From Gemmatimonadaceae bacterium (GTDB taxonomy: Bacteria > Gemmatimonadota > Gemmatimonadetes > Gemmatimonadales > Gemmatimonadaceae), in contig JBBDYA010000124.1 in NCBI GenBank assembly GCA_040902005.1, forward strand, positions 1-60,988: 60,988 bases of DNA, written 5' to 3'. The notes below the pieces were generated by a model. It made no database searches, had not been told where the DNA came from, and worked only from the letters and a program-made list of their open reading frames with translations. The translations under genes were made by a program, and so were the position numbers. Below, in pieces: positions 28,307-37,534 of this stretch (position 1 is its first letter; each line of letters opens with the position of its first letter).

Positions 28307-30574
28307 TCACCCATACGGGCGCCGGGGTTCCCCCGTTGCATCCTGGGGCGGTTGCACCGGCGCCTCGAGCGGAAGCATGACCGTGAAGGTGGTCCCCACG
28401 CCCACGATGCTCTCCACGGCGATGTTGCCGCCCAGCCGCTCCACGAGCTTGCGCGTGATGCTCAGGCCGAGCCCCGTGCCGCCGAACTCCCGCGTGCGGG
28501 ACTGGTCCACCTGGCGGAAATCGTCCCAGATCACCGACAGGTGCTCGGGACGGATGCCGATACCGGTGTCGTTGACGTCCACCCGGACCCCCATCGCGTG
28601 GGGACGCACGACCACCGCAATGCCGCCGCGATTGGTGAACTTCATGGCGTTGGACAGCAGGTTGAGCAGGACCTGCTTGAGCTTCGTGCGGTCACTGACG
28701 ATGGGCCGAGTTTCGGGGGCGACGTCGACCGTAAACGCCAATTCCTTCCGCCGGATCGCCGGCTCCATCTGTTGACTGGCCTCGTGCATGACCTCGGCCA
28801 TGGGAATCGACTCGAGCTGAAACTGCATCTTTCCCGCTTCGATCTTCGCGAGATCGAGGATGTCGTCGATGAGCGCCCGCAGATGGTCCGCCGCGGCGCG
28901 GGTGCGGTCGAGCGGCTCTCGCTGCTTGTCCGAGACCTCGCCGAACATCCCCTCGAGCAGCAGGGCGGCGTAGCCCACGATGGCGTTGATCGGCGTACGC
29001 AACTCGTGCGACATACTGGCGAGAAACTCCGACTTCAGCCGGTTGGCCTTCTCGACCTCGTGCGCCTGCCAGAGCAACTGCGCGTTCTGATCCTCGAGGT
29101 GCGCCGTGGCGGACCGGATGCGATCCTCGAGATCGAGATTCAGCCGCTTGAGTTCCTCGTACAGGCGCTCGTTCTCCACCTGCTGACGCAGATCGTGCAG
29201 CGCGGACACCACGGCGATGGGCTCGCCGCGCTCGTTGAGGATCTTGCCGGCCACGACTTCCACGGGGAGCACCAGGCCGGTCGCTGGCTCCATCAACGTC
29301 ATGCGCGCCTGGGTGGCCTGGTCGGACGACAGCAGGAAATCCGAGATGAAGGTCGTGAAGTGGGTGTCATTGCCACGCACGGCCTGATACTGCTTGCGCG
29401 AACTGCCCTCGCCATCGTGAAACTCGAACAGAAGTTCCGCCTGCTCGTTCATCAGGATGATCTTGGAGGAGTTGTCCGTCACGATGATCGGATCGGCAAC
29501 GTTCTCGAGGATCAGGTTCAGGCGGTCGCGCTCACTGGCGGCCTTCACTTCGGCCTGACGCACGCGCTGCACCTGGCGCTCCAGTTCGTGCGACGCGCGG
29601 CGCAGGTCGGTGACGTCTCGCAGGACGGACAGCACGGAGTCCTCCGGTCCCACGCGCTCGCCGAGCGGATGCGTCAGCACCTCGAAGAGAAGATCCCCGC
29701 CCTCCTCCGGCTCCACGAGACTCAGCTCACGTCCTTCACTCCCCGCCCGGCCGGCACCGACCATCGCGGTGCGCGACAGGAAGGAGGTGAACAGCAGGTT
29801 GTTCATCTCGACGGCGCGCCGACGTCCCGCACTGTCTTCCTCGCCCACGGAAAGAAGAAACTCCGCCCGTCTGTTCTGCGCGATGATGTCGTTCCCGGCG
29901 TTCGTGATCACCACCGCGTCCGGCAGCGAGTCCACCATCAGGATGAGCCGGTCGCGCTCCTTGTTGAGCCGATCGCCCTGGTCCTCCCACCACTCCAGCT
30001 TCGCGACGCGCGCGAGGACCAGCCCGGCCATCAACGTTGTCTCGGCCAGGTCGATCGCCAGTTGCTCCGTCAGCACCGCCGCGACCAGAACGACGCCGCC
30101 GGGCGCCGTGTTGAATCCGCGATCCACGACCGGCACCAGCTTCGCGCCGGCCGGCGCGAGAATCGCCTTCGCCTGTGCCTCCGACATCAGGCCGGGTGCG
30201 CCCCGGTAGTGCGGCTGTGCCAGCGGTAGCGCGGTCCAGTCGTGGATCGGGCCGAAACGTCCCAGCTTCGCGGCGCCGCGGGACGCGCCGCGGACCACGG
30301 GCATCTGCGAAAGCGCCGAGACGATCAGGGGATGACGCCGGTCGTCGATCGACTCCGGGAACTGACGCAGGTCCTCGGGACGGACGCCCACGTGATCCAC
30401 CACCACCATCGACTCCTGCGACGGCACGGCGCGCAGCAGCACGACGGGCGCGCCACCCGCCATCGTGCTGATCTCGTTCAGGAGGAACGACGCTGCTGAG
30501 CCATAGTCCGGCGCTTCCGCGAGCGCCGACAGGAGTCGGGCAATTCGCCGATCGTCGGGGGCGATGACCGGCAC
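28307..30574 (-). CDS. Soluble PAS-PAS sensor histidine kinase
   Basis: Two PAS-like segments (SLPDAVVIT, NVADPIIVT); SMSHELRTP; NLLSNAMKFT, DTGIGI and GGTGLGL; GTG 30574 lies just after the gvpA stop (ORF track starts at 30607). Confidence 0.9.
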   Translation of the reverse strand: MPVIAPDDRRIARLLSALAEAPDYGSAASFLLNEISTMAGGAPVVLLRAVPSQESMVVVDHVGVRPEDLRQFPESIDDRRHPLIVSALSQMPVVRGASRGAAKLGRFGPIHDWTALPLAQPHYRGAPGLMSEAQAKAILAPAGAKLVPVVDRGFNTAPGGVVLVAAVLTEQLAIDLAETTLMAGLVLARVAKLEWWEDQGDRLNKERDRLILMVDSLPDAVVITNAGNDIIAQNRRAEFLLSVGEEDSAGRRRAVEMNNLLFTSFLSRTAMVGAGRAGSEGRELSLVEPEEGGDLLFEVLTHPLGERVGPEDSVLSVLRDVTDLRRASHELERQVQRVRQAEVKAASERDRLNLILENVADPIIVTDNSSKIILMNEQAELLFEFHDGEGSSRKQYQAVRGNDTHFTTFISDFLLSSDQATQARMTLMEPATGLVLPVEVVAGKILNERGEPIAVVSALHDLRQQVENERLYEELKRLNLDLEDRIRSATAHLEDQNAQLLWQAHEVEKANRLKSEFLASMSHELRTPINAIVGYAALLLEGMFGEVSDKQREPLDRTRAAADHLRALIDDILDLAKIEAGKMQFQLESIPMAEVMHEASQQMEPAIRRKELAFTVDVAPETRPIVSDRTKLKQVLLNLLSNAMKFTNRGGIAVVVRPHAMGVRVDVNDTGIGIRPEHLSVIWDDFRQVDQSRTREFGGTGLGLSITRKLVERLGGNIAVESIVGVGTTFTVMLPLEAPVQPPQDATGEPRRPYG

Positions 30575-30587
30575 AGACGCTACGACG

Positions 30588-30890
30588 TCATGCGCGCGAC
30601 TTCTCAAGCTGCCGTCTCAAGTCCGCATTCTCGCGCTGGAGACGCTCGACGTCTCCGGTATCGCCGGACGCGACTTCACGCGGACGGGACATGGACGAGG
30701 TGATGCCCACCGCCTCGGAATACTTGAGGTAGGTCTCGATGGACGCCACCACGATGCGCGCCTCGACCGTCACCAGGTCGATGCCCACGAGGGACACGCG
30801 CACCCACGCATCGATGACAATGCCCTTGTCCAGTACGCGGTCGAGTACGTCGATCAGTGAACTGCCGCTTGGAGCTCTCTCAACAGCCAT
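30588..30890 (-). CDS. gvpA: Gas vesicle structural protein GvpA
   Basis: [48 protein letters not shown]. Confidence 0.95.
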   Translation of the reverse strand: MAVERAPSGSSLIDVLDRVLDKGIVIDAWVRVSLVGIDLVTVEARIVVASIETYLKYSEAVGITSSMSRPREVASGDTGDVERLQRENADLRRQLEKSRA

Positions 30891-30931
30891 GTGGTGTGGT
30901 CTCCCTTACCGCGCAGTGGCGGGTTGCGTCG

Positions 30932-31255
30932 TCACTTCCCTTTCCGTCGCGGCTCGGATTCGCCGACGAGGCGCTGTAGCTGCTCTTCGATTCGCTTGAG
31001 ACGATTCTCCGCCTCGGTGCCGGGCATGAGGCCCACCGGAGTCGCCGTGAGGCGAGGATCATTCTTCCACCAGTTCAACCCGATCTGCTCGGCTTTGTCG
31101 ATCGAGCATACCAGCAGGCGGATCTGGATGGTCAGCAGTTCCACGTTCGCGAGGTTGATCTTGATGTCGCCCGCGACCACGAGCCCCTTATCCAACACCC
31201 GGTCCAGGATGTCGACGAGGCCGTGCGTGCGTGACGGATTCGCAAACTCAGGCAA
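30932..31255 (-). CDS. gvpJ: Gas vesicle protein GvpJ
   Basis: [53 protein letters not shown]. Confidence 0.9.
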   Translation of the reverse strand: MPEFANPSRTHGLVDILDRVLDKGLVVAGDIKINLANVELLTIQIRLLVCSIDKAEQIGLNWWKNDPRLTATPVGLMPGTEAENRLKRIEEQLQRLVGESEPRRKGK

Positions 31256-31285
31256 TGAAGGCGTGTCCCGGTTGATCAGCCTGCG

Positions 31286-31603
31286 CTATCGCAGCCGGCC
31301 GAGTGGTCCCAAGTCGATGTCGAGGTCTTCGTCCTGCAGGCCGAAAGCAGCCTTCAATTCGACCATCCGTTCACTCAATCGCAGGAGCGCCAGACCCAGC
31401 CGCTCGACCTCATCCGGCGACAGACTACCGCTGTCCATGCGACGTACCGCTTGGTGCTCCAAGACCTTACGGACTACATCCACGAGCGTCAAGACGAGCC
31501 GGCCCAGTTCCTTTCCGGCCGAGTCAGGCTGCGCATTGATACGATCCGGAAGCGAGCGCGACAGCTCGTTGAGCTGGATCTCCAGATCGTCGGCGTCAGT
31601 CAC
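31286..31603 (-). CDS. gvpK: Gas vesicle protein GvpK
   Basis: LGRLVLTLVDVVRKVLEHQAVRRM..LS.DEVERLG and DLDIDLGPLGRL; GTG 31603. Confidence 0.92.
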   Translation of the reverse strand: MTDADDLEIQLNELSRSLPDRINAQPDSAGKELGRLVLTLVDVVRKVLEHQAVRRMDSGSLSPDEVERLGLALLRLSERMVELKAAFGLQDEDLDIDLGPLGRLR

Positions 31604-32282
31604 CCGTTGGCTCCGCGAAACTGTACAACGGCAGAGGGCCCACCACCCGCGCGTCCGACAGCGCGGGCAAGGAGCCGACTGCCTCGAGATAGCCGGGGAC
31701 GTTTTCCCGCTGCACGAGATGAGCAAAGGCCACGCCGCGCGACTTGGCCAGGTACTCCACCCGCTCCGACAGCACCGCGGGTCCGAGCGCCGCTCGCAGA
31801 GACACCGGTGGCGCGGCAACCCGTGAACGCAGCGTTTCCAGATAGGCCCGGCCGGGGCCGGCGTCCTCCGGAACCTGCTCCGCGGCGCGCGGGGGCAGCA
31901 GGTCGGAACCGGCGGGCAGGAGCAACCGCATCTCGACCGCGCCGTCGAATGAGGTCAGCACGGCGGCGATCCGGTCCGCGCTGTCGGCGAGATGCCGGCG
32001 CAGCACCGCCTCATCGGGGAAGCGCTGGCCAAAACGCGAGGCCGCGACCGTGATGCCCATGTCCACGACGAGCCTGAGCACATCGTCGTGCGCTCGCACG
32101 TCGTCGAGGCTGGCCCGTGACGGCGACGCGGCATGCGCGCTCACCAGCGCGACCAGCGGCTCGGCCGCAAGCACGGTCACCTCCGCGCCACCGATCCCGG
32201 CGATCCGACCGCGCACCCTCGGCGCGTTACGGCCGAGAATCAGGCCGTACAGGTGGATCGCCACGTTCGGCCGCCTTGCCAC
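31596..32282 (-). CDS. GvpL/GvpF family gas vesicle protein (third paralog)
   Basis: HLYGL, AHDDVL, SRFG, AHLV and GPLPLYSF motifs; start could be GTG 32264. Confidence 0.8.
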   Translation of the reverse strand: MARRPNVAIHLYGLILGRNAPRVRGRIAGIGGAEVTVLAAEPLVALVSAHAASPSRASLDDVRAHDDVLRLVVDMGITVAASRFGQRFPDEAVLRRHLADSADRIAAVLTSFDGAVEMRLLLPAGSDLLPPRAAEQVPEDAGPGRAYLETLRSRVAAPPVSLRAALGPAVLSERVEYLAKSRGVAFAHLVQRENVPGYLEAVGSLPALSDARVVGPLPLYSFAEPTGD

Positions 32283-32490
32283 GCTCGTTCAACGTGTTCA
32301 CGGAGGAGATGAGGAGCCTGAGATCGAGCTGCACGAGATCGATGTCGGCCAGAGAGATCATGACGTGCGCGCTGATCACCACGCCCTTGTCCAGCACGCG
32401 GTTGATCAGGTCCGACAGGACCAGCTGCTCCGGGTCATAGATCTCGTCGAGCGCGCCGGGCTCGTCGCGGGGCGCGGGCGGTTTCGTCAT
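32227..32490 (-). CDS. GvpA/J-family gas vesicle protein (GvpS/GvpM-like)
   Basis: LSDLINRVLDKGVVISAHVMISLADIDLVQLDLRLLISSV; ATG overlaps the upstream stop (ATGA). Confidence 0.88.
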   Translation of the reverse strand: MTKPPAPRDEPGALDEIYDPEQLVLSDLINRVLDKGVVISAHVMISLADIDLVQLDLRLLISSVNTLNERGKAAERGDPPVRPDSRP

Positions 32491-33311
32491 GGGGCGTCGC
32501 CGGCCGGCGCGGTGCTCGAGTCCACGAAGTGATACGGTGGCCAGGGGCCGGTGAAATCGAAGGTGAGACCCAGTGGCCGGCAACGCTCGATGTGGGCACC
32601 CACCGCGCGCCTGAACTCCGCGAGACGGGCGCGCTCCACGAGGAACGCGCCGTTCAGCACCAGTGTGATGTCCGGCGGCGCGCCGGCGAGCGGCGCGAGT
32701 GGCCGCGACACCGCCTCCCGACTGGCAGCGCGCAGGTCGTCGAAGACTTCGCCCGCCAGCCGCCGGCTCGCACGTCGCGTCGCCGCCTTCGTGCGCTCCA
32801 CGAGCTTGCGCTCCAGCAGATACCGCTGCCCCGGGGGAGCCCTCTCCGCCTCGCGCTGGAGCACGCCGATTTCGTCGTCGAGCTCCCCGATGGCCTCTCG
32901 CATGACTGCGTCCTGGCGATGGATGCGAAGACCGAATTCGTCGGCGTCGCGCACGCGGTCGAACGACGCCGTCAGCTCCGCGCTCCGCTCGGCGAGCATC
33001 GACGTGACCGAATCGTCCGCCGCCCAGAGCGAAAACATCGGCAGCGGTATCACGCCGCCGTACTCCTGCGCCCAAGTCAGCACGCCGTCGTGTGCTTGCG
33101 CGCGGGGGCTCAGCCACGCCACGTCGCCGCTGTCACGCTCGATGGCCGCGGCACCGTAGGCACCCGCCGGCAGGCGCGAGACCAGCGCCGACAGGGTGGC
33201 ACCGCGGATGAGGCCCACAGGAGCGCCCTCGATACCCGATGGGGACTGGGAGGCGTCGAACCCGTTTCGCACGACACCGTACGCGTACACCACGCGGGCG
33301 TCCTGCGTCAT
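32487..33311 (-). CDS. gvpL: GvpL/GvpF family gas vesicle protein (GvpL-like)
   Basis: YAYGVV, AQAHDGVL, PGQRYLLERKL, LNGAFLV and TGPWPPYHF motifs. Confidence 0.85.
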   Translation of the reverse strand: MTQDARVVYAYGVVRNGFDASQSPSGIEGAPVGLIRGATLSALVSRLPAGAYGAAAIERDSGDVAWLSPRAQAHDGVLTWAQEYGGVIPLPMFSLWAADDSVTSMLAERSAELTASFDRVRDADEFGLRIHRQDAVMREAIGELDDEIGVLQREAERAPPGQRYLLERKLVERTKAATRRASRRLAGEVFDDLRAASREAVSRPLAPLAGAPPDITLVLNGAFLVERARLAEFRRAVGAHIERCRPLGLTFDFTGPWPPYHFVDSSTAPAGDAP

Positions 33312-33314
33312 GCG

Positions 33315-35225
33315 TCAGCGAACGTCATGGTTTCTCCTCCCCACTCCCCCACGCTCATCCAGTCTCCAGGTTGCGGCCCAGCGCGCCAGCGCACTCACGC
33401 CCGCGGGCGGCGGCATCACCGCGGGCGCTTCAAAGTGCATGGGGGCGTCGGGCACTGGAAGTGGGCGCGCGTGATCAGGGGCGTTGTCGGCACGGTTCAG
33501 AACGAGTCCGGATACGTGCGCACCGCGGGCGCGCACCTCCCGCGCCAGTCGCTCGGTTTCCGCCAGCACCACCGGCTCGTGCAGCGTCACGAGCACCACG
33601 CCACAGCGATCGGCGTCCATAAGCAACGTCTCGAGGGCGCGCAGCCGTTTCGAGAACTCCAGCAACTCCTTCGCGGTTTCCCCCAGCCCCGTCGCATCAC
33701 GGTACTTGAGCATCAGCCGCATGAGCTGGTGGGTCCAGGCCAGGGCCAACTGCGGCATCTCCAGCATCCGGAGCAGATGCCCCGTGGGCGCGGGATCCAC
33801 GACGACCGTCTCGAATCTGCCGTCGAACAGCGCGTCCGCGATCAGGGAGAGGGCGTAGACCTCGTCGATGCCGGGCGGTGCGAGCGCCAGCAGATCCCGC
33901 GCGATCGCCCGGTCGGCGGCGAGGTCCACGCCGCGCGCGCCGAACGTCGCGAACAGCGCGTCCACGTTCGCGGCATACTCGTCCCGGAGCCGCGCGAACG
34001 CGGCCGTCGCGTCCATCTGCCGCGCGAAGAGCACGGGCACGCCCGGAATCGGCGTGTCCGCGTCGGCAATCGGCTGGCCGAATGCGTCCGCCACGGAGGG
34101 CGCCGGATCCGTCGACACGATCAGGGTGCGGTGGTCGGACGCGGCGTCCAGCGCCAGGGCGCACGCCACGGTCGTCTTGCCCACGCCTCCCTTCCCGGCA
34201 ACGATCGTCAGCGATCGCAGTAGCCGCCGCCGGTCGTCGCGAATGGCCGGCGACGCGTGCGTCGCGCCGAGGGACTGTATCTCCGGTGCTGCAGCCGCTG
34301 GGGCGCCAGACCGTACGGGGCGCAGCGCCGCCAGCCATCGGTGCAATCCGTCGCTGCCGGTGGGCCATTCCGCGAGGCGAGCCACGGTGAACGCCGGAAT
34401 GCCGTGCAATGCTTCCGCCGGACAAGGGACATTCGCATTGTTCCAGACGATCGCCGCCACGTGGACCTCGAGGGCTCGGAGTGCCGCGACATAGCGGCTC
34501 GTCTCCTCGACCACGAGCGGCTGCGGGTTCGCGACCATGAGCGCGGCACAGCGGCGAGGGTCGCGAAGCGAGTCGTCGAGTGCCGTGACGAGCACTGCCA
34601 TCTCGGTCAGGAACGCGTCGGCCGCATCCGCGCGATATCCGCGGGTGAGGGTACGCACCATGTAGCGATGCTTGTCCTGCATCGCGTCCAGCAGGCGCAC
34701 GAGGGCGCGAAACGTGGCCGGCAGTTCGAGCAGACGCAGCGTATGGCCGGTGGGCGCCGTATCGACGAACAGCCGGCGGTGCGCACCCTGGGCGGGGGGC
34801 GCGGACGCACCATCGGCCAGGAGCCGCGCGAGCTCCAGCGCGGCGAAGATCTCGTCGCCGCCGGGAAGCGCGGTCTCCACCATCGGCGCGATGTCGGCCT
34901 CGTCGAGGTAGGTGCCCCGGTCGAGAATGTCGCGGAGCACATCGCCCCAGCGCGCGAGGAAGTCCGCGCGCAGGGCCACCGTGTCCAGCGCCTGTGCCTG
35001 GAGTCCGGGCGCATGCGCCACCGGAGCAGGGGTGGCGCCCACCGGGTGATCGAGCACGTCGGGCAGCGCCCGCGCCGGATCGGTGGTGAGCACGAGCGTG
35101 GCGTCGCCGCGCTCGGCGGCGCGGATGGCGAGGGCCGCGGCACAGGTCGTCTTGCCAACGCCGCCCTTGCCGACGACGAGCGTGGTGCGCGGCAACGCGT
35201 CGAGCAGCGCGTCCGCCGCGGTCAC
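33315..35225 (-). CDS. Tandem-domain ArsA/Get3(TRC40)-family ATPase
   Basis: GKGGVGKTT twice; TDPA twice; PGGDE/PGIDE; DTAPTGH/DPAPTGH; GTG overlaps the gvpG stop. Confidence 0.92.
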   Translation of the reverse strand: MTAADALLDALPRTTLVVGKGGVGKTTCAAALAIRAAERGDATLVLTTDPARALPDVLDHPVGATPAPVAHAPGLQAQALDTVALRADFLARWGDVLRDILDRGTYLDEADIAPMVETALPGGDEIFAALELARLLADGASAPPAQGAHRRLFVDTAPTGHTLRLLELPATFRALVRLLDAMQDKHRYMVRTLTRGYRADAADAFLTEMAVLVTALDDSLRDPRRCAALMVANPQPLVVEETSRYVAALRALEVHVAAIVWNNANVPCPAEALHGIPAFTVARLAEWPTGSDGLHRWLAALRPVRSGAPAAAAPEIQSLGATHASPAIRDDRRRLLRSLTIVAGKGGVGKTTVACALALDAASDHRTLIVSTDPAPSVADAFGQPIADADTPIPGVPVLFARQMDATAAFARLRDEYAANVDALFATFGARGVDLAADRAIARDLLALAPPGIDEVYALSLIADALFDGRFETVVVDPAPTGHLLRMLEMPQLALAWTHQLMRLMLKYRDATGLGETAKELLEFSKRLRALETLLMDADRCGVVLVTLHEPVVLAETERLAREVRARGAHVSGLVLNRADNAPDHARPLPVPDAPMHFEAPAVMPPPAGVSALARWAATWRLDERGGVGRRNHDVR

Positions 35226-35533
35226 GACGGGTCGCTATCGCCGCTGGCTACGCGAACCGGCCCCCCCCCCCCGGGCACCGATTTGCCGAGTCGTTCACGC
35301 CAGGCGCGCACCTCGCGGAACCGCGCCATGATCCCGGCCTCGCGACGGGCGTACTCCTCGTCATCGATGTCGCCGAGCTCGAGCTGCATCTGGAGCTCCA
35401 TGAAGTCTTGCTTGATGGCGCTGTCGTCGGTGAGCTCCTCGTCGACGACTTGCGCGACCTTGTTCAGGCTCCAGCGAATGCCGGCGACGGGTCCCGCGAC
35501 GGGGAAGAAGAGGATCTTGGCAAGGAGGCCCAT
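35222..35533 (-). CDS. gvpG: Gas vesicle protein GvpG
   Basis: LFFPVAGPVAGIRW..EELTD...LELGDIDDEEYARREA. Confidence 0.85.
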   Translation of the reverse strand: MGLLAKILFFPVAGPVAGIRWSLNKVAQVVDEELTDDSAIKQDFMELQMQLELGDIDDEEYARREAGIMARFREVRAWRERLGKSVPGGGGPVRVASGDSDPS

Positions 35534-35546
35534 ACGCCCGCGGCAG

Positions 35547-36380
35547 TCAGTCCGCCCGCTCCAGTTTCAGCTTGATGTTCACGAAGTTGTACGGTGGCCA
35601 CGGGCCCGAGTACTTGAACGTGAGAAAATCCTCGTACTTGCGGCTGATCTCCTTCACGCGCTCGTCGAACGCCTGCTCCTGCGCGCGGTCCACCAGGAAT
35701 GCCGCGTTCAGGATCATGCGATCACCGATAGGCTTGTTGCTGCGGCTCGCCACAGCCACGGACTTGAGAAACTCGTGGATGTCCGCCACGTACCGCTGTC
35801 CGGTTTCCTCCAGCGACGCCTCCACCAGTCGCCCGAGCTGCATGCGCGCGAAATAGGTGGAGCTGCTGGTGTGCCGGCTGATTTCGTCCTTGAGGCGCCG
35901 GATCTCCTCGTGGTCCTGCTCCAACGTGGAGACCACCTTGTCACGGTCCCAGAGCACCTTCAGCCCGAACTCGATCTTGTCCTGCATCTTGTCGAGCACT
36001 TCACTGAACGCCTGGTACGTGGAGCGCAGCAGCTCGGTCACGTCCTCCTCGGACCGGAACACGGTGCCGAACGACATCGGAATGACCGTGTGCTCCTTCA
36101 TCACCGCCTCATTCACGAATTCGTGGGCCAGCACGTTCTCGCGGGTGGGATCGTAGATGACGATGGGAGTGTCGCTCACGACCGCGGCCAGGTCGTTGTG
36201 CTGCACCGTATAGACCCGGTGCGCCCCGCCGATGCCGATGCCGCCGAATTCGCGCTGGTTCGCGCTGCGGATGATGCAGTAGACGTACTTGCCGCCCTCG
36301 AGCGGCGTCTGTGTCGCGTCGGGGCTCTGAACCTGGCTCTCGTTCATGGCGCTTTGATCGAAAGGGCCCGCGGACGGCAT
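35547..36380 (-). CDS. gvpF: Gas vesicle protein GvpF
   Basis: GKYVYCII, AVVSD, LAHEFV, VIPMSFGT, LNAAFLV and SGPWPPYNFV motifs; start 36380 or 36347. Confidence 0.9.
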   Translation of the reverse strand: MPSAGPFDQSAMNESQVQSPDATQTPLEGGKYVYCIIRSANQREFGGIGIGGAHRVYTVQHNDLAAVVSDTPIVIYDPTRENVLAHEFVNEAVMKEHTVIPMSFGTVFRSEEDVTELLRSTYQAFSEVLDKMQDKIEFGLKVLWDRDKVVSTLEQDHEEIRRLKDEISRHTSSSTYFARMQLGRLVEASLEETGQRYVADIHEFLKSVAVASRSNKPIGDRMILNAAFLVDRAQEQAFDERVKEISRKYEDFLTFKYSGPWPPYNFVNIKLKLERAD

Positions 36381-36436
36381 TGCCCGCGCGTTCCCACTGG
36401 AATGAGGTTGCGCTGGCGCGCGGGGTTCGGCAAGGG

Positions 36437-36976
36437 TCAGCGACCAATCATGCGCTGCTTGAGCACGCCCAGCTTGCGCAGAATCGAACCGTCCATCACG
36501 GTGTCACCCACCCGCACGATCGCGCCGCCGAGGATGCGTGGGTCCACGGTCACATGCGCCACCACCGTCTTGTCCAGCGCCGTCGACAAGCGATCCGCGA
36601 TGAGCGTCCGCATCGCCTTGTCCGCCTCACGGGCCACCGTGACATTCGCGTGGAGGCGGTTCTCCACCTGGTCCACGAGGTCTGCGTACTCGTGGGCGAT
36701 CTGGGGCAACAGCATCTGGCGCCTGTTGCGCACGACCGACTCGATGAAGCGGACGAACGGTGCGGGGGCCTGTTCCGCCAACGCCTTGCGCAGCACGGCG
36801 TTTTTCTGCGCCGCGCCCACACGCGGCGTCTCCAGAAAGGCGCGGAGCTGTGCATCCTCGCGGATCGCGTCGGCGATGGACTGTACGATCGTGCCCCACC
36901 CGCGCAGATCGTCCGCGCGCCTGGCGAGCTCGAGCAGCGTTTCGGCGTAGTTCCGCGCGATGGTGACGGCGCGCAT
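36437..36976 (-). CDS. atpH: ATP synthase F1 delta subunit
   Basis: IARNYAETL; VDPRILGGAIVRVGDTVMDGS. Confidence 0.95.
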   Translation of the reverse strand: MRAVTIARNYAETLLELARRADDLRGWGTIVQSIADAIREDAQLRAFLETPRVGAAQKNAVLRKALAEQAPAPFVRFIESVVRNRRQMLLPQIAHEYADLVDQVENRLHANVTVAREADKAMRTLIADRLSTALDKTVVAHVTVDPRILGGAIVRVGDTVMDGSILRKLGVLKQRMIGR

Positions 36977-37534
36977 CTATCGGCCCTTCACATTCGGCTG
37001 GGAGGCCAGCGACGACAGGAAGCTCTCGACCAGCGCGCGGTTCTTGTCACTGTCGAGGTTCTGCTCGATCACCTTTCCCGCGCCTGCGATCGCGAGGTCT
37101 ACCGCTTCCCTGCGGAGCAGCACGATGGCCTTGTCGCGCTCGGCGGCGATGTCGCGTCGCGCGCGCTCCAGCAGCTCCTGCTGCTCGAGGCGCGTCTTCT
37201 CCAGCAGGTCGCCGCGGGACTTCTCGGCCACCTGGCGGGCTTCCGCAATGAGCTTCTGCGCATCCTCCCGCGAGCCCTCGATCAAGGCGCGGTGATCCGC
37301 GAGCAGCTGCGCGGCCGCGTCGCGGTCGCGCTTGGCTCCATCGATCGCGTCCGCCAGCGCCTTCTCCCGCGCTTCCACGGCGCCGAGTATGGCCGGGAAT
37401 ACCCACTTCCGCAGGATGAGGTAGAGCGAGCCGAAGATCAGGGCCGTCCAGAACATCAGGTTGACCTGGAGGTCCACGAGACCGCCGCCCGCGGCGGGCT
37501 CAGCGGCCGTGAACAGGAGCGTAAAGTGTGTCAT
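36977..37534 (-). CDS. atpF: ATP synthase F0 subunit b
   Basis: FWTALIFGSLYLIL TM then long coiled coil; LAIAGAGKVI; ATG 37534. Confidence 0.93.
   Translation of the reverse strand: MTHFTLLFTAAEPAAGGGLVDLQVNLMFWTALIFGSLYLILRKWVFPAILGAVEAREKALADAIDGAKRDRDAAAQLLADHRALIEGSREDAQKLIAEARQVAEKSRGDLLEKTRLEQQELLERARRDIAAERDKAIVLLRREAVDLAIAGAGKVIEQNLDSDKNRALVESFLSSLASQPNVKGR

Noticed and set aside
33315..35225. ArsA as an arsenic-resistance determinant
   Set aside because: No arsB/acr3/arsC/arsD/arsR nearby; the metal-ligand Cys positions read PGxDE; gene is embedded in and coupled to gvp genes.
34257..36950. Long opposite-strand ORFs (897 aa here; also 48118..50553, 28265..30229 and others)
   Set aside because: Antisense to well-supported genes, Arg/Ala-rich, no motifs; expected at this GC content.
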